Below are positions 47,401-55,522 of a stretch of 64,000 nt of DNA, piece after piece. The stretch spans positions 1,519,522-1,583,521 of the forward strand of contig OW818687.1 of NCBI GenBank assembly GCA_942493275.1, written 5' to 3'. The first letter of the stretch is position 1. The number at the start of each line of letters is the position of its first letter. Source of the stretch: an uncultured Coriobacteriia bacterium (GTDB lineage: Bacteria; Actinomycetota; Coriobacteriia; Anaerosomatales; PHET01). The translations under genes and the position numbers were made by a program. The notes under the pieces are model-generated. The model saw nothing but the letters and a program-made list of their open reading frames with translations. It did no database searches and was not told the DNA's origin.

Positions 47401-50400
47401 CTCATCGCTACGTCGAGGTGGACGGGGCCGGCAACTGGGCCGCGGACTTCACCGAGCCGGACGGCGAAGAGAACGCATTCGATCTCGCACCGGGCAACAA
47501 CGGCGTTGCACAACAGGCCGATGAAGATGGCGACCAGACGCAGGACCAGTGGCACATCGCCAACCCGATGCTCGGGGTCGATCCCGACACTAACGAGGTG
47601 TTCGGCGGCGACTTCCAGCCGGGCGCGCTCGTGAACATCTCGATCGACGATCCGGGCACGCCTCAGTCTCCCGATTACGAAGCCGGCGTAGACGCCGACT
47701 GGGACTGGGGCAGCTTCGAGACCTTCACCGACTGGTTCGACATCCAGCCGGGCTTCGTTGTGACCGTTTCTGACGGAGTGAGCGTGCGAGAGCACGTGGT
47801 CGCGGCGATAGCGGTGACAGCCATAGATACCGAGCTCGACACGATCTCGGGCACGGGACCTGCGGGTGAGCCCGTGGTCGTCTGGTTCTGGGACGACGGC
47901 GCAACCCGCTACGTGGTGGCTGACGGCGAAGGCAACTGGACCGCCGACTTCAGTGTCGCGGGTCCCGACGAGTGGGTCGTCGACCTCCAGAAGGGCTCGA
48001 GCGGCGAGGTTCGGTGGTCGGACGGCGACGGGGATTACACGCGTCATATGTGGCACGTGCCGAACCCGAACTTCACGGTCGAGTACGGAAGTGACGCCCT
48101 CTGGGGCGGCGACTGGTTGCCGCTCTCGACGGTGACCATTCAGGTCGACGTCCCTGGCGTCGGCACTGACGTCGATTTCGAGACGACCGCCGAGGTGAGC
48201 GACTGGGGTGACTTCTGGGCCGGTCTCGAGGGTGAGTTCGACCTCGATGTCGGGCACATCGTGACCGTGACCGACGGGACGAACACCAAACAGCACGAGG
48301 TACTGCACGTTCAGATCACGAACGTGGATGCGGATCTCGATACCGTCACCGGCACCTCCGATCCAAACGTGTGGGTGCGAGTCGAGCTTGAAGGTTGGGG
48401 CATCGGCCGTGACGTCTTCTCGGATAGCAACGGTGACTGGATGGCCGACTTCTCGGCAGGAGAACCGTGGGAGATAGCCGACATCGCGCCGGGTATTGAG
48501 GTCGGTGCGTACCGCTGGGATGAGGACGGTGACTCTTCGCGCGCGCTGTTCTACCTGGCGAACCCTTCCTTCGTGGCGAGGCCGCTGGACAACAGCATCG
48601 GCGGATGGGACTTCCCCGCGCTGGGCGAGGTCTACATCACGGTCGACGATCCGGACACTCCCGACATGCCTGACTTCGCGCAACTGCTCCAGGCAGACGA
48701 ATGGGGCTCCTTCGAGACGTGGTGGGATCCGGCCGAGTTCCAACTCGAACCGGGACAGCTCGTCACCGTTGAGGCTGACGGCATCATGAAGCAGCTCATC
48801 ATCGCCCCCCTGTCGGTGACCGGGCTCGATGTGGACGCCGACATCATGACCGGGACGGCGGACCCCGACGCCTGGGTGAGCATCATGCACTGGGGCTTCG
48901 ATGACTATGGAGTGCCGGCTGACGGTCTGGGTGACTGGGTGCTCAACGATATCCCGCTCCACGCGGGCTCTGAAGGCAACGTCATGGAATGGGACCAGGA
49001 CGGCGACGCCACTGAGGTCTACTGGCGCATCGCCGACCCGACGATCGCAGTCGATGTCGTCAACGGTTCGATCTGGGGCTGGGAATTCACGCCGATGGCC
49101 GACGTCACCGTGACTCTGGACGATCCGGATACGCCGGCATCGCCCGACCAGACGCTCATACGTCCCACCGACGAGGGCGGCTACTTTAACCTCGATGACG
49201 TCACCTACGAGATGCAACCTGGGCTCACCATCGGCGTCACGGATGGTTCGCTCGTCAAGGAACTTGTTGTTGTTGACCTCGCGGTGACTTCGGTCGACCC
49301 GGACACAGACATCGTGGCCGGTACCGTGTCGCCTGATTCGACCGTCTGGTGCGATGCATGGACGAAGTTCGACGGGCAGAGCCGCAGCGTGCTTTCGGCC
49401 GGGGGCCAGTGGGAGTTCGACTTCTCGCAGCCCGATGGTGACTTCGGTCCGCTCGATCTTGAGCCGAACAACGACGGCCAGGCGTACGTCGATGACGCCG
49501 ATGGCGACATGACCATCGCGCCCTGGCATATACCGCGGGCGATGATCCGTGCGAATCCGGCCTACGAGGAGTTGTCTGGTAGCGATTGGCCTGCTGATGC
49601 GGAACTGATCGTGACCTACGACGACCCTGCGACGCCGGCGAATCCCGATCTCATCGAGGCAGTTCAGGCCTCACCGATAGGGGACTTCGTACTGCCGCTC
49701 GGCCCGCTGGGCGTGGACATCAAGACGGGTGACACCATCTTGGTGTCTGACGGCGAGATGCTCAAAGGGCTCACCGTTTCCACTCTCCGGGTCAACGGCA
49801 TCGACGTCGGCGCCGACCTCGTGTTCGGCGAGGCGACGCCCGACAGTACGATCTGGGTCAGCATCGATGACTCGATGGCCGGACTCGACGTGCTCGCCGA
49901 TGGGGCGGGCGGCTGGACCGCTGACTTCACGTGGTTCGACGCCTGGGACATCCTCTCCAGCACCACCGGTCAGGCGACCGAGCCTGACGAAGACGGCGAC
50001 GAGACGGTGGTGCCGTGGAACGCGGCCGGCCCGTACTTCACCGTGATGCCCGAGTCCGACTCGATCATGGGTTGGGAATGGGCGATGCCTGGTGTGGCAA
50101 CGGTTAGCATCGACGACCCTGGGACCGTTCCGAATCCCGACTGGACGCAAGACGTGCCGACCGCCGAATGGTGGGGCACGTTCAATCTCGATTCGATCGC
50201 ATACGACATCAAACCTGGTGACGTGGTGACCGTCGACGACGGCACCACCGCGAAGACGCACACCGTGACCGACGTGCACGTCCTTGGCGCCAACATCGCG
50301 ACCGAGGTCGTCTACGGCACAGCCAGCACCGGTGACGTGGTCTACGTCGGCTACTTCAATTCGGGCTGGATGGGCTTCGTCGAGGTTCCGATCGTTGGTG

Positions 50401-52607
50401 GTGAGTGGGCGGCGGACTTCTCGGTGAATGATCCGCCTATCGACCTCACCCTCGGCATGTCGGGTGCGGCGAATCAGCCTGATGCAGACGGGGATACCAC
50501 GGAGGTCGGATTCACGATCTTGAATCCCGTCGCGGTCGACGACAGTGCGACCGCCACTGAAGACACACTCCTGAGTGTCCCGGCGCCTGGCGTCCTGGCG
50601 AACGACACCTACAACCCGGGCGAGACCTACATCTCGGTCCAGACCCAGCCTGCGCACGGCGAGTTGACAATCGATGTCGATACGGGTGCGTGGACCTACA
50701 CGCCTGACCCGAACTACAACGGTGCGGACTCGTTCACCTACGTCCTCGCACAGGATGACTACGAGACCGAGGCTGCCACGGTGTCGATCACCGTCACGCC
50801 GGCCGACGAGACACCGGTCGCGGTCAACGACAGCGCCACCGCCACCGAAGACACGCAGCTGAGTGTCCCGGCGCCTGGCGTCCTCGCGAACGACACATAC
50901 ACGGCTGGTGGGACTGAGATCGTTGTCGACACGCAGCCGACACACGGCACACTCATACTCAACTCGACCACGGGTGCATGGACCTACATGCCTGACGCCG
51001 ACTACAACGGCGCAGACTCGTTCACCTATCACCTGAGTGAGGGCGCGTACGACTCGCCGACGGCAACGGTGTCGATCACCGTCACGCCGGTGGCCGAGAC
51101 GCCTGTCGCGGTCAACGACAGCGCCACCGCCACCGAAGACACGCAGCTGAGTGTCCCGGCGCCTGGCGTACTTGGGAACGACACGTACACGGCTGGTGTC
51201 ACCACGATCGTGGTCGACACGCAGCCCACCCACGGCACGCTGGTGATGAACACCACCACAGGAGCGTGGATCTACACACCGGCCGCGAACTACGCCGGAG
51301 CGGACTCGTTCACGTACCGTCTACACGAAGGCGCGTACGACTCGCCGACGGCAACGGTGTCCATCACGGTCACTGCAGTCAACGACGCACCCACGGCGGT
51401 GCCGGACAGTTACGCTGTCGATCAGGACGCAGTGCTGACCGTTTCGACCCCGGGCGTTCTCGCGAACGATTCGGACGTCGAAGGCTCGTCGCTCACGGCC
51501 GCTGTCGTGACCGATCCGGCACACGGTGTCCTCAACCTGCTGGCAAACGGCGGTTTCACCTACACGCCGAGCGCAGGTTGGTCGGGAACCGACACGTTCA
51601 CGTATACGGCCTCCGACGGATCGGCGAGCTCCACGCCGGCGCTGGTTACTATCACGGTCAGCCCGGCGGGCGTCATCGAGGTGCCGATCAACGGCACCAC
51701 ACGATTCGACACGTCGGTTGCCATATCGCAGCAGGCATTCCCTGAAGGCGCCGATTGGGTCGTGGTCGCAACGGGCCGCAACTGGCCTGATGCATTGGGC
51801 GGCAGCGCTCTCGCGGGCGCTCTCGGTGGACCGATCCTGCTGACCGATACGAGCGCACTGCCGGGCAGCGTGGTCGACGAAATCGACCGGCTCGGTGCTA
51901 CGGACGCCATCATTCTCGGCGGCACGAACGCGATTCACGCGAGTGTCGAGGCGGAGCTGAACCTGTTGCTGGGTGACGCGAACGTCGAGCGGATCTGGGG
52001 TTCCAGCCGTTACGCCACGGCCGACGCGGTCGCAGTTCGGACGATCGCCGAGCTGGGCGAGGCGTACGACGGGACGGCCCTGATGGCCACGGGCACCAAC
52101 TACCCGGACGCCTTGGGCGCCGCACCACTTGCGGCGGGCCTGCACTGGCCGCTGTATCTCACCCAGGCGACCGGCATCTCGGCATCGACCGAGCTGGCGA
52201 TGGAGGGCGTGGACGAGGTGCTCGTGCTCGGCGGAACGTCCGCGATCCCGGCCAAGATCGAGTCCGATCTCGTGCTGGAGTACGGCGATCCGAACGTCAC
52301 CAGACTCGCTGGCGGGAACAGGTACTCAACCGCGGTTGCAATCGCCACGCACGGTGTGGCGAACGGGCTCGGATGGGATCGACTCGCCATCGCGACCGGC
52401 ATGAACTTCCCGGATGCGCTTGCAGGAGGCGTGCTGCAGGGTCGTGACGGTTCGGTGATGTTGTTGACGCCGTCGAACTCGCTCGACATGAGCGTCGCTG
52501 CGGTTCTTGAGGCGAACAAGGCCCAAATCAACGAGGTGCGCTATCTCGGCGGATTGAACGCCATCAATCAGTCTGTCCGTGACGACGTCATGGCCATTCT
52601 GGAGTAG
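44481..52607 (+). CDS. Giant (2708 aa) secreted CWB2-anchored repeat protein
   Basis: Signal/TM region is RVLLCVGIALITAAALPSVAAAATF. About 12 bipartite ~165-170-aa units follow, then 4 cadherin/Big-like domains, then 3 CWB2 repeats (TRFDTSVAISQ..NWPDALGG; SRYATADAVA; NRYSTAVAIA). Confidence 0.9.
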   Translation: MGAREIAGRVLRWRVLLCVGIALITAAALPSVAAAATFSVSYENPPDFMWANGFAPDAPVTVTLDDPSTGPGVDQTYFPTTDSTGFFSLGPIIDFDAGWTITMNDGVTTKEHVVIPMGFDEVDPVTDTCWGYAAPNSTVHVGFEDYDLDIVYYRDVTTDGTGAWQADFSVPVLDGLGGNAAGDIKITTGVNLTQSDSDGDATQTNGQPDNPQIWVSLNDDNISAHGWIPGSNVEIYVDDPATPEPIDYSTNFATNSQGTFWPTGALPYDFKVGDVVSAVSGMQTTELTIEFVQIDGVDLDNDSVWGLADPGASVWVDSSVGDHGEAIADETGAWVYFSGNDFAQGTFITAHRADEDMDRSQVNHAVPNPRFGVDPTIDHVMGWEWPANTTVSVYVDAGYVGSTGTDDWGNFNFNSLVDVTEGSVVMVTDGILEKTTIVTALTLTDVNPETDTISGTAAPGSYVHVWVHGMNPAHRLAAVDGEGNWVADFSVAFGEDITRDLVPGDSGNANQEDADADQTVIHWNLTRPNFGVDPDTDELFGADWARGSSVTISIDDPGTPEEPDFQTTADTDPGWGNFGVWLGDQYDIQPGFNITVTDGDKTALHTVAALTITSVDPDADTVSGTGPVGEWLSVYPWDSPTSRQVQVDGEGNWLADFSVAGDGEQVVDIVPGAMGEADWNDAENDFTRVIWSVPNPTFAVEYDQDEIFGGDWERNAQISITIDDASNGVGVDFETSATSDDWGSFDSWFGGEFDVDVGDTVTVSDGVRQKDHLVLHVDTTGADADLDLVWGWADPGAEVRVAVYDYDVSKTVTADGGGYWYADFATGEPWETADLMLGNTGASNRIDEDGDSSQSSFRIAAPSFAVRPEENAINGWDFAPNQVAHITIDDIFMPGTVDYEQWVPVDDWGGFEWWWDPAEFQVAAGQVVTVECDGVTKTHIVTAVVVTELNADTDVVAGTAEPGTWVDVYIYEGAHRYVEVDGAGNWAADFTEPDGEENAFDLAPGNNGVAQQADEDGDQTQDQWHIANPMLGVDPDTNEVFGGDFQPGALVNISIDDPGTPQSPDYEAGVDADWDWGSFETFTDWFDIQPGFVVTVSDGVSVREHVVAAIAVTAIDTELDTISGTGPAGEPVVVWFWDDGATRYVVADGEGNWTADFSVAGPDEWVVDLQKGSSGEVRWSDGDGDYTRHMWHVPNPNFTVEYGSDALWGGDWLPLSTVTIQVDVPGVGTDVDFETTAEVSDWGDFWAGLEGEFDLDVGHIVTVTDGTNTKQHEVLHVQITNVDADLDTVTGTSDPNVWVRVELEGWGIGRDVFSDSNGDWMADFSAGEPWEIADIAPGIEVGAYRWDEDGDSSRALFYLANPSFVARPLDNSIGGWDFPALGEVYITVDDPDTPDMPDFAQLLQADEWGSFETWWDPAEFQLEPGQLVTVEADGIMKQLIIAPLSVTGLDVDADIMTGTADPDAWVSIMHWGFDDYGVPADGLGDWVLNDIPLHAGSEGNVMEWDQDGDATEVYWRIADPTIAVDVVNGSIWGWEFTPMADVTVTLDDPDTPASPDQTLIRPTDEGGYFNLDDVTYEMQPGLTIGVTDGSLVKELVVVDLAVTSVDPDTDIVAGTVSPDSTVWCDAWTKFDGQSRSVLSAGGQWEFDFSQPDGDFGPLDLEPNNDGQAYVDDADGDMTIAPWHIPRAMIRANPAYEELSGSDWPADAELIVTYDDPATPANPDLIEAVQASPIGDFVLPLGPLGVDIKTGDTILVSDGEMLKGLTVSTLRVNGIDVGADLVFGEATPDSTIWVSIDDSMAGLDVLADGAGGWTADFTWFDAWDILSSTTGQATEPDEDGDETVVPWNAAGPYFTVMPESDSIMGWEWAMPGVATVSIDDPGTVPNPDWTQDVPTAEWWGTFNLDSIAYDIKPGDVVTVDDGTTAKTHTVTDVHVLGANIATEVVYGTASTGDVVYVGYFNSGWMGFVEVPIVGGEWAADFSVNDPPIDLTLGMSGAANQPDADGDTTEVGFTILNPVAVDDSATATEDTLLSVPAPGVLANDTYNPGETYISVQTQPAHGELTIDVDTGAWTYTPDPNYNGADSFTYVLAQDDYETEAATVSITVTPADETPVAVNDSATATEDTQLSVPAPGVLANDTYTAGGTEIVVDTQPTHGTLILNSTTGAWTYMPDADYNGADSFTYHLSEGAYDSPTATVSITVTPVAETPVAVNDSATATEDTQLSVPAPGVLGNDTYTAGVTTIVVDTQPTHGTLVMNTTTGAWIYTPAANYAGADSFTYRLHEGAYDSPTATVSITVTAVNDAPTAVPDSYAVDQDAVLTVSTPGVLANDSDVEGSSLTAAVVTDPAHGVLNLLANGGFTYTPSAGWSGTDTFTYTASDGSASSTPALVTITVSPAGVIEVPINGTTRFDTSVAISQQAFPEGADWVVVATGRNWPDALGGSALAGALGGPILLTDTSALPGSVVDEIDRLGATDAIILGGTNAIHASVEAELNLLLGDANVERIWGSSRYATADAVAVRTIAELGEAYDGTALMATGTNYPDALGAAPLAAGLHWPLYLTQATGISASTELAMEGVDEVLVLGGTSAIPAKIESDLVLEYGDPNVTRLAGGNRYSTAVAIATHGVANGLGWDRLAIATGMNFPDALAGGVLQGRDGSVMLLTPSNSLDMSVAAVLEANKAQINEVRYLGGLNAINQSVRDDVMAILE
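44590..50520 (+). repeat. About 12 tandem ~500-bp coding units; each has two sub-modules, and there is a ~1.5-kb three-unit super-repeat
   Basis: Sub-module A: V.D.D.DT[VI].GT..P...V.V....R.V.ADG.GNW.ADFS......DL.PG..G...Q.D.DGD.T. Sub-module B: NP.F.V.P....[IF]G.DW....V.I.IDDP.TP..PD......WG.F.....FD[IV].PG..VTV.DG...K.H.V. Unit starts lie near 44844, 45370, 45816, 46324, 46830, 47325, 47826, 48324, 48825, 49296, 49800 and 50290. Confidence 0.8.
50526..51665 (+). repeat. Four tandem 288-bp (96-aa) cadherin/Big-like domain repeats; copies 2 and 3 are near-identical at the DNA level
   Basis: CC[CGT]GTCGCGGTC[GA]ACGAC starts at 50526, 50814 and 51102, exactly 288 bp apart. The peptide PVAVNDSATATEDTQLSVPAPGVL.NDTYTAG occurs twice. 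The fourth copy (from ~51390) is diverged. Confidence 0.85.
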
Positions 52608-52638
52608 CGCGAGAACGATGCGTGTTGCACGGCTCAAA

Positions 52639-52674
52639 AGAGCCGGCGTCGGTGAAGCTGCCGACGCCGGCTCT
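52639..52674 (+). terminator. Hairpin terminator after the giant gene
   Basis: AGAGCCGGCGTCGG (52639..52652) pairs perfectly with CCGACGCCGGCTCT (52661..52674) across an 8-nt loop, followed by GACTTTGT. Confidence 0.7.
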
Positions 52675-52794
52675 GACTTTGTCCCGGTTCAAACTCGTGG
52701 GCGCCTCGATGGCGCGTCCGTAGTAGGATTGCCTGCGGGTCGCGGCCGGGGAGTCCGGCCGCGCATTGCGCCCGTCATCGGAGGGGACACTCGA

Positions 52795-54171
52795 ATGAGC
52801 GACAAGACCACGCCTGCAACGACCGGTCGCGAGGGCTTCAGCTCGACCCTCGGTGTCCTGGCTGCCACGCTTGGCTCGGCGGTGGGACTCGGAAACATCT
52901 GGAAGTTCCCGTCGATGACCGGGCAGAACGGCGGCGCGGCGTTCGTGTTCGTCTACCTCATCTGCGTGGCGCTGATCGGCCTGCCGGTCATGATCTCCGA
53001 GTTCATCATCGGTCGCAGGGCCGGCGCAAACAACGTGGGTGCGTTCAAGAAGCTCGCCCCGGGCAAGCCGTGGTACCTGACCGGCGTCTTTGGCGTCGCG
53101 GCCGCGTTCCTCATCATGTTCTTCTACACCGACGTCGCCGGGTGGGTGTACGCCTACGCGTTCAAGGCGTTGACCGGCACCTTTGGCGGGGTCAATGGCG
53201 CTGAGACCTCCGAGATCTTCTCGGCACACATCGGCGGAGTCGCCGGACCACTCGCGTGGCAGTGGATTGTTCTCGTTACCATCAGCGTCATCATCATCGC
53301 GGGTGTGACCAAGGGCATCGAGCGGATGACCAAGACGCTGCTGCCGATCTTGCTCGTGCTGCTGCTGATCTGCGACGTTCGGGCGCTCACGCTTCCCGGT
53401 GCCATGGAGGGAGTGAAGTACCTCTTCCAGCCGGACTTCACCAAGATCACCGCGTCGGTCGTTCTGGCTGCACTTGGGCTCGCGTTCTTCAAGCTGTCAG
53501 TGGGCATGGGCACGATGACGACCTACGGCAGCTACATCGGCAAGAGCGAGAACATGCCGGGCAACGCGGTCAAGGTGGCGCTCTCGGACACGATGGTCTC
53601 GCTGCTGGCCGGCCTCGCGATCTTCCCGGCGGTGTTCGCGTTCGGGTTCGAGCCCGACGCCGGGCCCTCGCTGCTGTTCATCACGATTCCGGCCGTGTTC
53701 GAGACGATGCCGTTCGGCCAGGTATTCCTGACGATGTTCTTCCTGCTTGCGGCCATCGCCGCGACCGGGGCGATGATCTCGCTGCTCGAGGTTCCGGTCG
53801 CCTATCTCACCGAGGAGAGGAACTGGTCGCGCGTGATGGCCACGGTCTTCTCGGCGGGGCTGATGGGTGGGGTGGGCGTGCTTGCGACGCTTTCGACGAG
53901 CACGCTCGCCGAGACGCTGATCGCCGGCAAGACGTTCTTCGATCTGTTCGACTACGCGTCATCCAACATCCTGCTGCCGGTGGGAGGCATCCTGATCTGC
54001 CTGTTCGTGGGATGGAAGCTCGGACCGGCGGTCATCACCGATGAGGCGTCGAACGCGGGTGCGCTGAACAACGCGGCGTTGCTGAAGGTCTTCACGTTCT
54101 CGGTGCGCTACGTGGCACCCATCGCCATCCTTCTGGTGCTGCTCAACGGGTTGGGTGTGCTCAAGTTCTAG
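52795..54171 (+). CDS. Sodium-dependent SNF-family (neurotransmitter:sodium symporter) transporter
   Basis: SAVGLGNIWKFPSMTGQNGGAAFV, with about 11-12 TM segments. GGAGGGGA lies upstream of ATG 52795, so the track start 52579 is rejected. Confidence 0.9.
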   Translation: MSDKTTPATTGREGFSSTLGVLAATLGSAVGLGNIWKFPSMTGQNGGAAFVFVYLICVALIGLPVMISEFIIGRRAGANNVGAFKKLAPGKPWYLTGVFGVAAAFLIMFFYTDVAGWVYAYAFKALTGTFGGVNGAETSEIFSAHIGGVAGPLAWQWIVLVTISVIIIAGVTKGIERMTKTLLPILLVLLLICDVRALTLPGAMEGVKYLFQPDFTKITASVVLAALGLAFFKLSVGMGTMTTYGSYIGKSENMPGNAVKVALSDTMVSLLAGLAIFPAVFAFGFEPDAGPSLLFITIPAVFETMPFGQVFLTMFFLLAAIAATGAMISLLEVPVAYLTEERNWSRVMATVFSAGLMGGVGVLATLSTSTLAETLIAGKTFFDLFDYASSNILLPVGGILICLFVGWKLGPAVITDEASNAGALNNAALLKVFTFSVRYVAPIAILLVLLNGLGVLKF

Positions 54172-54189
54172 GAGGTGCTGCGCCGTTTG

Positions 54190-54203
54190 GGTACAGCTGT
54201 ACC
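54190..54203. promoter_or_regulatory. 14-bp perfect palindrome GGTACAGCTGTACC followed by a TATAGT box, upstream of the beta-grasp gene
   Basis: The palindrome is at 54190..54203 and TATAGT at 54211..54216. The related palindrome GGTACGTACC lies at 57332..57341, upstream of the AOR gene. Confidence 0.35.
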
Positions 54204-54244
54204 TGAACGGTATAGTCCGCCTCCACCAGGACGGTGCTTCCCAA

Positions 54245-54565
54245 GTGACTGACTCCGCCAGGCAGCAAACGTGCGTCACGGTCCGCGTCTTCTCCAGCCT
54301 GCGGCCGATACTGCAGGCGCGGGGGGTCGACGAGACGACGCTACTGGTGGAAGTTCCTGCCTGCGGCGTGACGGGTCACGAACTCGCCGAACTCATGGAG
54401 CTGCCTGCCGAGGCGATCGAGGGCGTCTTCGTCAACCACGTGGTGCACGGGATGGGGATCCACATCGATCGGGGCGACCGCGTGGCGTTCGTGCCACAGG
54501 GCACGCCAGGACCGCATCGCGTGTTCTTGGGGCTGTACCGCGCCGGCAAAGACGAGAACGCGTAG
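54245..54565 (+). CDS. Beta-grasp (MoaD/ThiS / Ub-Mut7C-like) small protein lacking a C-terminal GG
   Basis: VRVFSSLRPILQARG...HELAELMELPAEAIEGVFVNHVVHGMGIHIDRGDRVAFVP fits the beta-grasp pattern. It ends ...YRAGKDENA. The start is uncertain (GTG 54245 chosen; the track start 54155 overlaps the transporter). Confidence 0.45.
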   Translation: MTDSARQQTCVTVRVFSSLRPILQARGVDETTLLVEVPACGVTGHELAELMELPAEAIEGVFVNHVVHGMGIHIDRGDRVAFVPQGTPGPHRVFLGLYRAGKDENA

Positions 54566-54575
54566 GCGGTAGCGC

Positions 54576-55214
54576 CTAGGGCTCCGGGTACCCCAGCAGG
54601 ATCCGCACTGCCGCATGCGCCTCGTGAGCTGCTGCCGCAACCACACGGCTCGCGAGCAAGGGCAGATTCGCGGTGACATCGCTCGTGTGGTCGCCGGCCA
54701 TGTAGTACGTGTCGGCGAGGCGCTCGGTGGTTACATCGTTTGCCGAGTCGAAGCCGGCCAGCCCGGATGCGCTCACCACGGGCAGGTCCGGGCGCTCCTT
54801 GAGCAGAACGTTCGCGATCATCGCCTTTGTCTGCGCGGTGTCGACCGCCTCGATGACCACGTCTGCGCCTTCGATGAGCTCGAGCACGTTGTCCGCCGTC
54901 GCTCGTACCTGGTGGAGCAGCAGCGTCACGTCGGCGCGGATTCGCAGCAAAGTGTTGGATAGCGCGGAGGTCTTGAGCTGCCCGATCTGGTCATAGAAGT
55001 ACAGCTGCCGGTTGAGATTCGAAGGATCGACGGTGTCGAAGTCGATCAGAGTCAGCGTCCCGACCCCCGAGCGCACGAGCATCTCGGCGACATGGCTGCC
55101 AAGACCCCCGCAGCCGATCACGGCGACGTGGCTGCCGGCGAGCCGTACGCGCACGCCGGCGTCGTCGTCAGGCGCAACGGGAGCGAACTCGATGGGGCTC
55201 ACGATCCGGATCAC
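54576..55214 (-). CDS. ThiF/MoeB/HesA-family E1-like adenylyltransferase
   Basis: VAVIGCGGLGSHVAEMLVRSGVGTLTLIDFDTVDPSNLNRQLYF. The start overlaps the MoaD-like stop. Confidence 0.85.
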   Translation of the reverse strand: MIRIVSPIEFAPVAPDDDAGVRVRLAGSHVAVIGCGGLGSHVAEMLVRSGVGTLTLIDFDTVDPSNLNRQLYFYDQIGQLKTSALSNTLLRIRADVTLLLHQVRATADNVLELIEGADVVIEAVDTAQTKAMIANVLLKERPDLPVVSASGLAGFDSANDVTTERLADTYYMAGDHTSDVTANLPLLASRVVAAAAHEAHAAVRILLGYPEP

Positions 55215-55450
55215 CCGCCCGCGACCGGCGGGAAGATCGCGAGTCGGTCGCCTTCGGCAAGCACGCGGTCGTCGTCAGCGTGGCGACCGTTGACGAACAC
55301 CACACGCGGTCCCTCGGGGATACCCAGCCTTTCGATCACGTCGCCCACCGTGGCGCCGTCGACCACCTCGAGCGGGCGCGCGTGGCGGCCGCCCATCCCG
55401 TCAGGCTGGTAGGCGGAGAGGTATGCGAAGAGCGCGACCGTGATCGTCAT
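55211..55450 (-). CDS. MoaD/ThiS-family sulfur-carrier protein (C-terminal GG)
   Basis: 79 aa ending ...LAEGDRLAIFPPVAGG*. Confidence 0.8.
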   Translation of the reverse strand: MTITVALFAYLSAYQPDGMGGRHARPLEVVDGATVGDVIERLGIPEGPRVVFVNGRHADDDRVLAEGDRLAIFPPVAGG

Positions 55451-55522
55451 GGGGTTGGCTCCAGCGATCCCGTGCCGCCGGACGAGTTGCCGGCGGCACG
55501 GGAGTGCGCGTGGGTAGTGGTG

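Noticed and set aside
44256-51233. Three very long minus-strand ORFs (679, 830 and 520 aa) opposite the giant surface-protein gene.
   Set aside because: They are antisense shadows whose apparent repeats are just the reverse complement of the coding repeats. There is no signal peptide, SD or domain signature.
44590-51665. Whether the regular ~500-bp and 288-bp tandem repeats could be a CRISPR array, satellite or mobile-element repeats.
   Set aside because: They are in-frame coding repeats of one continuous 8.1-kb ORF. The periods are far too long and there are no unique spacers. No cas genes or transposase are nearby.
52680-52700. GGTTCAAACTC resembling a tRNA T-loop.
   Set aside because: The flanking bases cannot form a T-stem or an acceptor stem, and no cloverleaf can be drawn.
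52675-52794. Possible riboswitch or leader upstream of the SNF transporter (hairpin GCGGCCGG-ggagt-CCGGCCGC at 52742..52762).
   Set aside because: I could not match it to any riboswitch consensus I know (glycine, T-box, SAM, lysine). It is a single short hairpin, so it is only noted as a structured 5' UTR.
54170-54252. Strong AGGAGG right after the SNF stop with a 25-codon GTG ORF (54175..54252).
   Set aside because: The GTG overlaps the SD itself, giving zero spacing. The peptide has no features. The AGGAGG is more likely fortuitous (TAG-GAG-GTG context).
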